Below, one piece after another: positions 18,723 to 27,180 of a DNA stretch of 46,379 nt. A model generated the notes under the pieces. It was given only the letters and a program-made list of their open reading frames with translations. It was not told the DNA's origin and searched no databases. The first letter of the stretch is position 1. The number at the start of each line of letters is the position of its first letter. Position numbers and translations under genes: made by a program. The DNA is from Candidatus Thorarchaeota archaeon (GTDB lineage Archaea; Asgardarchaeota; Thorarchaeia; Thorarchaeales; Thorarchaeaceae), in the NCBI GenBank assembly GCA_048884965.1, contig JBHLQH010000027.1, positions 1 through 46,379 of the forward strand. Reading direction: 5' to 3'.

Positions 18723-20228
18723 TTATCCGAATAGCTTAGGAACATTATCCAGTAATGCTTCAAGGTCCTTTTCATACCTTGTATTTTTCGATAGTTCTTC
18801 AATGACCGATTCGCCAACCCTATGTGTGGCGTAATTCGTCGTTCGTAGAGCATTTTCACCGCTGGTCCTCACAGATGCAATAGTGAGGATATCTCCAGGA
18901 TTCTCTCTAACCCAAAGGTGAATTTCATAGTTTGCTTCCTTATTTTTCATTGTAAGGATATATGAATCAAGATGGACTCCGTTATATCCTCCTTCTTGAA
19001 CAGTGCGAATACGCGGCCATGTATGTCGAGGGGGTATCATTAGGTCAAGTGAGGATAGATCCCATTCCTTCTCATGCATTGTTTTGATCAAAGCATCTTC
19101 AAGTGCTTTTCTTGAGCTGCCATTGTTATTGGGACAGGCTAATTGCTTTGACGACCTCTTGCTTTCTAGACTAGAATTGTATGGCTTTTGCACTAATGAG
19201 AGTGTGTTGCCACCAAGAATACGTTGTACATCTGAAAGATCCCCTGGGAATGCTCGAGAAAGTGATGCAATAATGAGTTCAGCGGCTTGAACGGATAGAA
19301 AGCTGTAATCAGTAGCAAAAAGAAGGCTCTCAGACCATCTCTTTGTGGATTGGATTCTTTCTGAAGCCATCTCGAACAAGAGCGGGATATCCTGACCATG
19401 CAACGTAGATGTGTCAGCAGAGAAGATAGGATCGTTGAGAATGTCATATAATTTTGGAGAACCGGGGCTCATGCCGGCGTGAGCAAGGATAATGCGAAGG
19501 TTTCCAATTGCCTGAGAGTACTGTGGTTCCTCTCTCATGATTTTCACTAGATGTCTAATTCTTGTGACTGTGCGTATGTTTCGAGTGTCGAATAATACTG
19601 GAATCCTTAGTTGAGCTGCTCTATACACAACTCGACGGACAAGATCATCCTCTAATTCATCTATGAATAACTGTGCCAATGGATGTAGCTTTAGCCCTCG
19701 GAGTCCAAGATCAAGGATAGCCCTATCAAGCTCTCTGACAGCAAGATTGGCATCACCATTCCGACCATCCATGGGGTCAACCCGCGCAAATCCGATGAGT
19801 CTGGAAGAATGAGGAGCTCGAGTCGTCCATCCCGCTATTTTATCGTTTGATATTTTGAATGAAGGTGATCCTTCAGGACCTTGCTTGGCATAATCGTCAG
19901 AGTAAGGAAAAACAATAGTTCTGTCCACTAGCCAGCCATGTTTCATTCTCTCCCAGCTATCTCGACTTGAAAACAGATTTGAAACAAAGGGAGTTGGAAT
20001 TATCTGTATCGGCTCGAATAACAGTTCATCATTACCTATGGCTTTCTCAGCAATACGTTTCATTTCGAACCATAGAAGCTGATAGAAGTCATATGCACCT
20101 CCAGGTGTATTCCTATGGCTCTTCTCGCGCCCCATATGATGATGTGCGTCTACCAAATAAAGATGAAAGAGATCATCCTTTTTGATAGATTGTTCTGGGA
20201 TATCTTCAATGGCTCGCACCACGAGCAT
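18723..20228 (-). CDS. Amidohydrolase (Amidohydro_2-like TIM barrel) with C-terminal extra domain
   Basis: VDAHHHMG, GLRGLKLHP, ILAHAG, LLFATDY, RILGGN. Confidence 0.85.
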   Translation of the reverse strand: MLVVRAIEDIPEQSIKKDDLFHLYLVDAHHHMGREKSHRNTPGGAYDFYQLLWFEMKRIAEKAIGNDELLFEPIQIIPTPFVSNLFSSRDSWERMKHGWLVDRTIVFPYSDDYAKQGPEGSPSFKISNDKIAGWTTRAPHSSRLIGFARVDPMDGRNGDANLAVRELDRAILDLGLRGLKLHPLAQLFIDELEDDLVRRVVYRAAQLRIPVLFDTRNIRTVTRIRHLVKIMREEPQYSQAIGNLRIILAHAGMSPGSPKLYDILNDPIFSADTSTLHGQDIPLLFEMASERIQSTKRWSESLLFATDYSFLSVQAAELIIASLSRAFPGDLSDVQRILGGNTLSLVQKPYNSSLESKRSSKQLACPNNNGSSRKALEDALIKTMHEKEWDLSSLDLMIPPRHTWPRIRTVQEGGYNGVHLDSYILTMKNKEANYEIHLWVRENPGDILTIASVRTSGENALRTTNYATHRVGESVIEELSKNTRYEKDLEALLDNVPKLFG

Positions 20229-20373
20229 GGATTCATTGCACCTCTATCGCATCGAAGGGAAAAGACAGGTGATAAACTATTGCACTATTGCATCTTACTG
20301 GAGATAAGGGATGCAGTAGGCATAAATTACTTCATACCATTTCCAAAATGCTGAGAGTAGGAAGATACCGATA

Positions 20374-22995
20374 ATGATTGTTGCTGAGGATCGAATTACA
20401 AATGAAGTAGTAAGATTCCTAGTCATCGATGCCTATGCCAAATTGGGTGTTGTTCAATACGGCTCGGATATTCAGACCTTCGATTCACAGCGAATGCTTA
20501 GATATTACGCACTCGTCGAGAACCAGCTTTTCGACTATGCTAGTCGTTATCCAGAATCATTTCAATATCTTCCAAGAAGAGCCTATTCGTATCTGTCAAA
20601 GCCACCTTTACTAGGAGATCTCTCAACTAGCTTGGCGACAACCAGCGAAACAAGGTGGTTCTCGGATCAATTCGTAATACATCCCTTGACGGAAATATCT
20701 GCAAAACCACTTCCACGCTATCAGCAGAAAACAAACATTGAATCATGCTTTAGATGGACAACGCAATCTGAAGACGCAATAAGAATGTATAATGTCCTTG
20801 ATCTTGATGTAGAAACGTCTGAAAGAATAAGATGGGCTGTGTCAATTGATGCAAGGAATCTCTCAAGAAGTGTGAAAGGAGGCGTGCGAAAGGCTCTCCT
20901 AGACGCAGTCACTGAACGACTACCAATCTTCATTCGCCTTGAAGATAAGGATGAGATTTCCTCCTTATTGGAATGGCTTGTCCTCATTAAGGAGTCAGGT
21001 CACTCTAGACCTTCGATACTGCTCTCAGTAAAGGAACAAAGAGGATGGGAGAACGAAATACTGAAGCTCCTACAAATGCCAGGAGTACACTTGCTCACAT
21101 CAGGTGCGTCAATTGTTTCCCTTTCAACGATTATAGGTGGATTGAAAGGCCAACTCGAATCAGAGCTTTGGTCAGAAAAGCTGGTCTTTGCGAGCTCATA
21201 TCCAGAAACCCAGATGGGCGATAGCATCACTGAGATTCTGAGTTTCCTGTTGAGTAAGAACCTCGGAGCGGGGCGAGATGAGATTCAGAATATCTTGGCT
21301 GGCAATTTGATTAGAATATTGTCCCCGATCTCGAAACAGCTTCGAATGGAGTATAGTGAATCTTCACTCTTTGCGGAAGGGATTTTTGGAAAAATTGCTT
21401 TACGTGAATTCCTTCGACTCATAAGATTGCTCAATGCACAGATGCAGATTCAGATTATCTCAGCAGATATCATTCCAGATAGTGCTGAAGGGCAAATTGA
21501 GCTCAACTCAGTCATTCTTACAACTCGTAATCTGAAATCCAAGTTTGATAGGAGGTTCATCCTTCAAAAAGAAAGAGACGAATCCTTGAGAATAGTAGGA
21601 TGGAAGAAGATGTTTGACGATCTCTATTCATCGAAGAATTGGATAGCTCTTAGAACCCAGATACGAGCTTCTGATAGAGGGCCATCCTTGGACGCTCCAA
21701 GTCATATTTCTACATTCAATAGGAGAGTTTTGGATATCCTTGGCATAAGAGATGCTACATCTGTCATCTCATCGTTACATTACCAAATCCAAGAGAACTC
21801 ACTTGAGGTTGGAAAGATTTCTCTTTGCCAAGAGGATATCAGAGCGATTGGCGTAAAAGAAGGAGAGGTTGTAACTGTATTAGATGCTGAATCTGATCAT
21901 TATTGGGGAGCGATGGTTGTTCAGACATCTGAATGCCCTACAAGAACGGTTGGCCTCCCTAGTGCGGAACTCCGAGTCTATGGCCTAAGTAATGCATCTC
22001 AGATAGATTTGGTGAAGTATAATGATGAAATCATAGATAGTAAGAGTATACTCCTTACTTATCGGAATACTCCGGGGTATACGGATTCGGAGATATCTGC
22101 TTATTTGCATATGGCAAAGGGAGAGATTGAGTCGTCAATCCAGAGCAAAATAATAGGGATTGGAACTCGTTTTGTTACAGCGAATGGACTCGAACTAGAA
22201 GTGAAGAGAATAGATCCGAATGTTCGCAAGGGTCAGCTAGTTTGTGCCAGAGATTCAGATGTTGAGATTCTCCCAATAGAATTTCTGAATGAACTGAATC
22301 TGATTTTGGTCGCTGCCAACGGAAACCAAATGATGGTCCGAGATGCCAGCGTTCGAAACCCGAGGGCAATTCAAAAAACCTTGGAAACACTCTCCAACGA
22401 CTTACCAGAGATTGCCACTTTCCTCTATGGCATACGAGGAACTCTATCCAGGTGGAATGTTGCTGCAACGATTATCCTTGAGATGGTCAATAGCTTCAAG
22501 CACAATAAATCAGAGGGGAAATTCGGACTCGTTTTTGTAGATCGACTCCCACATAAATTTACAATACAGAAGAACCTAGAAACTCAGGAATACATTAAAT
22601 TCAATTCAGATATGCAGAATGATGAGATATTCAAATCACTTGTTTATTCCGTCATCGACGCAGGAGAAATATCTGATGAGCCAACTGACTCGAAAGCACT
22701 TTTCAGGTCTGCTGCTGAATTAACTGAGGATTTTGGAGTAGAAAGACCCACACTAATGCTTCTGATGCTTTCCGAAATGGATGATATCGATGATATAGCT
22801 CCTTACTTACAGGTGCTTAACTCGACAAGAAATCTCAAACTTCTCATTATTGGCATTGGAAACCAGTTTGGAAATCTACACCGTCAAAAAATCAAGAAGA
22901 TGCTAGATATCGATGTCCAATTCATCAAGGAGTATTCTTTATTCGATCTTCGGGGTCTTCTCATATCCAAAATACGGGAACTTTGCCATTCTTAG
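20374..22995 (+). CDS. Fusion of degenerate amidohydrolase + CDC48-N-like + degenerate VWA domains
   Basis: IDAYAKLG, LVFASSYP and QNILAGN are degenerate amidohydrolase motifs. ISLCQEDIRAIGVKEGEVVTV...YWGA is CDC48-N-like. NLILVAANGNQM...PTLMLLML...LLIIGIG is a VWA without MIDAS. Confidence 0.75.
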   Translation: MIVAEDRITNEVVRFLVIDAYAKLGVVQYGSDIQTFDSQRMLRYYALVENQLFDYASRYPESFQYLPRRAYSYLSKPPLLGDLSTSLATTSETRWFSDQFVIHPLTEISAKPLPRYQQKTNIESCFRWTTQSEDAIRMYNVLDLDVETSERIRWAVSIDARNLSRSVKGGVRKALLDAVTERLPIFIRLEDKDEISSLLEWLVLIKESGHSRPSILLSVKEQRGWENEILKLLQMPGVHLLTSGASIVSLSTIIGGLKGQLESELWSEKLVFASSYPETQMGDSITEILSFLLSKNLGAGRDEIQNILAGNLIRILSPISKQLRMEYSESSLFAEGIFGKIALREFLRLIRLLNAQMQIQIISADIIPDSAEGQIELNSVILTTRNLKSKFDRRFILQKERDESLRIVGWKKMFDDLYSSKNWIALRTQIRASDRGPSLDAPSHISTFNRRVLDILGIRDATSVISSLHYQIQENSLEVGKISLCQEDIRAIGVKEGEVVTVLDAESDHYWGAMVVQTSECPTRTVGLPSAELRVYGLSNASQIDLVKYNDEIIDSKSILLTYRNTPGYTDSEISAYLHMAKGEIESSIQSKIIGIGTRFVTANGLELEVKRIDPNVRKGQLVCARDSDVEILPIEFLNELNLILVAANGNQMMVRDASVRNPRAIQKTLETLSNDLPEIATFLYGIRGTLSRWNVAATIILEMVNSFKHNKSEGKFGLVFVDRLPHKFTIQKNLETQEYIKFNSDMQNDEIFKSLVYSVIDAGEISDEPTDSKALFRSAAELTEDFGVERPTLMLLMLSEMDDIDDIAPYLQVLNSTRNLKLLIIGIGNQFGNLHRQKIKKMLDIDVQFIKEYSLFDLRGLLISKIRELCHS

Positions 22996-23246
22996 TGCTT
23001 GGAAAGTCGTTCAATGGCAGACAGTTGTACATCTAGCTCATTTGCTCGAATCTCAACATCATCTATGAGCATCTGGATCTCATCAAGTAGTTTCACAATC
23101 CTCGCATTCGTATCGTCTTCAAGGGTTTCCCGTTCCTTGCTCATTTCGAGAATAACTCCTTCAATCTTTCGAATTCTTTTGTTCACATCTATAAGATTCT
23201 CCAACGACTCAAGGAAGAACGCGATATCCGTTTCCAAAGTACTCAC
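22992..23246 (-). CDS. Small coiled-coil protein
   Basis: 84-aa heptad-rich ORF; its GTG start overlaps the upstream TGA stop (GTGA coupling). Confidence 0.7.
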   Translation of the reverse strand: MSTLETDIAFFLESLENLIDVNKRIRKIEGVILEMSKERETLEDDTNARIVKLLDEIQMLIDDVEIRANELDVQLSAIERLSKH

Positions 23247-24424
23247 CCGATTTCTTCACAGATTTTTGCAATTCTCTTCTCAAGAAGGCTTAGACGTTCA
23301 TGCAAAGCCTCTAGCCGGTCAACTGTTTCTTTGACTTTGGTTTCAATATGATTTGCCTTACCCTGAGGCTCCTCTTCCTTCTTAGTACTTAGGCGTTCGA
23401 GTTCACCCAAAATGGCCTCAGCCCTCTCTATTCGCCTCATTGTATCATTTACGTCAACATCTCGAAGAATCCATTCCACCTTCTGAAGCAATTTTCTATC
23501 CTTCGAAGAGATCTTCTTTTGGTCATCATCCTTAATGGGGAGGAATTCTTCTTGTACTATGACCTCTTTGGTTTTGCTTCCTGGAACTACTATCTCTTCA
23601 GATTTTGCCCATAATGGGACGAGAACTTGGGTAGCAAATGTCTCAAGTTGCAGTCCCTCAGAAATTAGAGAAGTCATTAGATCCCTAGGACCATCCCAAA
23701 GGAAGGTTTCAATCACCGCATTTCGCAGGAGAAAACAAGCAGCAACAGGGTCTCGAACTAGGAGATTCTCAATCATTTCCAGTACCCAGCTACTAAAGAG
23801 AAGTGAGAGAGCAACGCTTTCTTGAAGAGCACCTTGTTTGAATAGAAGGATTTCGTCATCATTTGCATTAAGCAGGTCGGGAATCCAAGCCCGAGGGTTT
23901 GCCCAATTCGCAGGCATTCGAAGTGTAAATCCATGAAAGATGTCTCTATCGGCACTTTGCTCTATGATGTGCTCTATATAATCAAATTGTGGCTCGCTGA
24001 ATTCTCCATCAAGCTCTATTCCTAAATCGTACTTCAGCACCAGCCGAAGGATATCATGAGGAGAATAGCCTGCGACTCTGAAAGCTATAAAATCCCTGAC
24101 AACAGCATCGTTCTCCTTACTGACCTTGAAAGCGACTACGAACTTCTCCTCAAACAATCCACACTCACCGTAGATGATGATACCTGAATCGCCACTATCA
24201 GATAATCCCCTATCAATTACTGAACGTATTGTTGAACTCAATGGAATGATGTAATCAACCTGATTTGGCTTGGAGCGTAGAGAGCCACTCAAACCTTTTG
24301 ACACAATCCCTGTTTCTAGCCATCCGGGCTTCAGTTGATTGCCAATGATTCGTACAGCAAGATATCCCTTTACTTCATTGTTCGAATACATTGATTGAAG
24401 GCGCGTAGTGAAGTTTTCTGACAG
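23243..24424 (-). CDS. Hypothetical protein, alpha/beta N-terminus and C-terminal coiled coil
   Basis: Long ORF in an operon with VWA genes. The track start is ATG 24391; an in-frame CTG at 24424 lies 8 nt after GGAGG. Confidence 0.7.
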   Translation of the reverse strand: MSENFTTRLQSMYSNNEVKGYLAVRIIGNQLKPGWLETGIVSKGLSGSLRSKPNQVDYIIPLSSTIRSVIDRGLSDSGDSGIIIYGECGLFEEKFVVAFKVSKENDAVVRDFIAFRVAGYSPHDILRLVLKYDLGIELDGEFSEPQFDYIEHIIEQSADRDIFHGFTLRMPANWANPRAWIPDLLNANDDEILLFKQGALQESVALSLLFSSWVLEMIENLLVRDPVAACFLLRNAVIETFLWDGPRDLMTSLISEGLQLETFATQVLVPLWAKSEEIVVPGSKTKEVIVQEEFLPIKDDDQKKISSKDRKLLQKVEWILRDVDVNDTMRRIERAEAILGELERLSTKKEEEPQGKANHIETKVKETVDRLEALHERLSLLEKRIAKICEEIG

Positions 24425-24427
24425 ACT

Positions 24428-25543
24428 TTATACCTCCGATTTTATCCAATTATCAAGTTGATTTTTCGCGTGATCAAGTTGAGCAACTCGATCAATCGTT
24501 ATTAGTATCCCGTTTCCGTTTGCAGCAATTGCTTGGAGGAGGGAATCATCAATTCTAGATCCTATACCAACACATGCAAGATATATCCCTTCAGTTTCAG
24601 ATAATAAGTTTCTGACAATTGGAACTGGATTGATACCATGTGAATATGAGCCACTGGAAAATAAAATGATGAAGGTTGGTACAGGATTTCGCTCATAGGA
24701 TCTCTTTGCTATTGCGACTCCAGTTTCTAAAGCCAGTGTCAAATCAGATGCATTCCCCTTATGATCATCTACACAGTGCAAAACCCATTTCTCGTATTGC
24801 TCAATTACATCATCAGTCAACATGATTGTATCATCTTCTGAGAAGTCTGATACATTTGTAGAAAACGCAAGAGGCGCGAAAATAACATTCTTGCCAGTGT
24901 ATTCTCGAGCCAACGCAATTACTAAACTCTGAGAGATTTCATACCTAGCTGATGGACCAGAGTCATTACTTTCCAATGAGATGTCCCTTTTTTGTGATGA
25001 TGCACCGATCTCCATGAGTGTACACAGATTGAAGTTATCTGCAGATCGTGCTGCGCGAAGATAGATTTTCATGACCTTTCTCCATGCAACTCTTGCTGCG
25101 TTGAGGTCATTTGACAAGGGGACCATCGCAGAAGGTGTGACTGCAACTCCAAGCTCTTCAAGGTAGAACGTCTTGTCTGTTTCCAGAATGAGCCCATCAA
25201 TATAAGCTTCCAAATCCTCGATCTTTTGAGAGAGAGCTTCAACAATTCGACTTGCATCAAGTGCCCTCTTGGAGGAAATGGATAGCACCAATTCCGTGCA
25301 TATTGGAATATCATCCTTGACTCTTTCGATAGCGATCAGATCATCTGATTTCAGATCTAGAAAATCAAAGTGACGCTTGTCAAGAATGATTTGCTCCTCA
25401 AGGACACGATCGTTCTTCTTTAGAGTTGCGAAAACAGATGCTTTCTCAGCTATCAGCTTGACTGTCCCAGTTGGCATATCAAGGTTGTCTGACACATAAG
25501 AGATGCCTCTCTGATTTCGACCTCTTATGGCCTGAAGCTTCAT
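24428..25543 (-). CDS. CDC48-N-like + degenerate VWA protein (paralog of 17362-18651)
   Basis: QIILDKRHFDFLDLKSDDLIAIE and LEAYIDGLILETDKTFYLEELG align with the paralog. VWA FNLCTLMEIGAS, FIILFSSG, LACVGIG...LLQAIAANGNG has lost the MIDAS residues. Confidence 0.75.
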   Translation of the reverse strand: MKLQAIRGRNQRGISYVSDNLDMPTGTVKLIAEKASVFATLKKNDRVLEEQIILDKRHFDFLDLKSDDLIAIERVKDDIPICTELVLSISSKRALDASRIVEALSQKIEDLEAYIDGLILETDKTFYLEELGVAVTPSAMVPLSNDLNAARVAWRKVMKIYLRAARSADNFNLCTLMEIGASSQKRDISLESNDSGPSARYEISQSLVIALAREYTGKNVIFAPLAFSTNVSDFSEDDTIMLTDDVIEQYEKWVLHCVDDHKGNASDLTLALETGVAIAKRSYERNPVPTFIILFSSGSYSHGINPVPIVRNLLSETEGIYLACVGIGSRIDDSLLQAIAANGNGILITIDRVAQLDHAKNQLDNWIKSEV

Positions 25544-25556
25544 TTGATATTACCGC

Positions 25557-26684
25557 CTAGTACACACGAGTTGTGTATATTTTGCTAGCAACTGCCTTTG
25601 ACCCGTAGTAGACCTCTACTTTGAGGCTTGCTTTCTCCTTCGATTCTGTCATTGGAACAAGATTTAGCTCTAACTGTCGGTCATCTTTCGGACCTATCTC
25701 ATGCTGCTCGTTTGTTATCTCGGATACACCATCTTCTGTAGCTAGGGTTACTATCACACGGATTCCTATCACACTAGAACTTGGATTCTTCACACGTAGC
25801 CGATAGTTGAAAGCCCTTCCAGCAATTAGTGCATCAGGCACATCTCCCAAAGAAACCGCAATGCCGATCTTATCTGCAGTGAGCGGTCGTCCTCTTGGCC
25901 ATCGTGGAATTCTCTCAAGTTCAAGCAATCTTGAAAGAGAGATCTTCATCTCTCGAAGTTCCATTCCGAGCTGAGAAGCAGCAGTACCAATATCAAAGGA
26001 GCCATCATTTGACTCATAATAGTCCAGCACTCTGCGGTCGGATTCAATCAAGTCGCTCATGCCTTCTAATATCTTTAGAATGGCTTCTGGAAGTTGATGG
26101 GCTTGTGATAATGAGAAATAATTCCCATTCTCGATGGACTCAGCTATTCTTCTGAAGGATTTTTCCACAAGGGGATTGCATCCTATGATAAAAGCAAAAA
26201 CGGTAGAACCAAAGTCAGTAACTAGATTCTGTACTTCCTTGCAAGGATCATATCCCTTTGGGCATCCATCTGGAAAGTAATCGTCACTCAAAGAATTATA
26301 TTGTCGCCCGTGGGGAGGTGCATCACCAACCAGGAGTAGTACTTTGTATGCGTCCTTATCCCATGAGAGCTTCGTTCTAGCATCATATAACCCATCTGCA
26401 ACAGCTTCTGGTGTGTCACCACCTTCAGATGGTCTCAGTCGAGATATCTCATCATGTACTTCCTTAATTCGCCCAGAGAAGTCGAATACTCGAGTCACGT
26501 ATGTCCTGTCCTGCGGAGGATGATCTCTATAAGATACAATACCAAAACGAATTGTAAGACCTTCAGTCTTCGTTACAATCTTGTCAACAATATCGAACAA
26601 TGAGTCTTTCACTGCACGTATATCATCTTTCATTGATCCAGTGGTATCGACCACAAATGCTACGTCTATCTTAGCTGTGTGAAT
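25557..26684 (-). CDS. VWA domain (DTTGSM/GGDxPE/GDAPPH type) + HTH + C-terminal Ig-like domain protein
   Basis: IDVAFVVDTTGSM, YRDHPPQD, GGDTPEAV, LLVGDAPPHG, HTH-like IGTAASQLGMELREMKISLSRLLE, and a beta-sandwich tail. The conserved first strand lies upstream of the track GTG (26654), so I infer an ATT start at 26684. Confidence 0.85.
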   Translation of the reverse strand: MHTAKIDVAFVVDTTGSMKDDIRAVKDSLFDIVDKIVTKTEGLTIRFGIVSYRDHPPQDRTYVTRVFDFSGRIKEVHDEISRLRPSEGGDTPEAVADGLYDARTKLSWDKDAYKVLLLVGDAPPHGRQYNSLSDDYFPDGCPKGYDPCKEVQNLVTDFGSTVFAFIIGCNPLVEKSFRRIAESIENGNYFSLSQAHQLPEAILKILEGMSDLIESDRRVLDYYESNDGSFDIGTAASQLGMELREMKISLSRLLELERIPRWPRGRPLTADKIGIAVSLGDVPDALIAGRAFNYRLRVKNPSSSVIGIRVIVTLATEDGVSEITNEQHEIGPKDDRQLELNLVPMTESKEKASLKVEVYYGSKAVASKIYTTRVY

Positions 26685-26792
26685 CCCTATCCACCCCGTG
26701 TCTGTCTAATCCTATGAGCAATTAAGCCTTTTCAGAGTAAAGAACAAAGGACATTTTAAAGGGACCGCTGAACAAAGAAATGCGTGATTCCT

Positions 26793-27173
26793 ATGAGTGA
26801 GAGCGATATACCGATTATAATCGAGTTCGAAGGAAACCTTAGACTCAAAGCGGTGCTTGACAGGGTCAAAGCACCTCTGATTATTGAGGAGATCAAATCA
26901 ATGCTCCCAGTGGAAGGAAAAGCTGCTTTCTTACGGGGCGAAATGAAAATCACTCTGGGAATAAATAAAGGAAATCTGAAGCCAACAAAGAATGTGAAGA
27001 GAGGAGAGATTGCCTACATGCCTCTTGGTGATACGCTCTGTATCTATCTTCAAGATATGTCCACATTCAGTCAGGTCAATGTCATAGGTCATGTGACCTC
27101 AGATGAATCATTGCTAGATAGCTTGACAGGTGTAAGAAGAGGTAGCCAAGCCAAGATTTCACTGGATGCGTAA
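26793..27173 (+). CDS. Cyclophilin-like fold protein (DUF369/TM1367-like)
   Basis: APLIIEEIKSMLP...GEMKI...VKRGEIAYMPLGDTLCIYL...VNVIGHV. Confidence 0.8.
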   Translation: MSESDIPIIIEFEGNLRLKAVLDRVKAPLIIEEIKSMLPVEGKAAFLRGEMKITLGINKGNLKPTKNVKRGEIAYMPLGDTLCIYLQDMSTFSQVNVIGHVTSDESLLDSLTGVRRGSQAKISLDA

Positions 27174-27180
27174 GATGATA

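Noticed and set aside
17362-26684. Interpretation as a phage-defence/ter-type VWA island or mobile element
   Set aside because: No kinase, PP2C, nuclease, integrase, transposase or flanking repeats seen, and composition looks like the surroundings by eye. A conflict role cannot be fully excluded.
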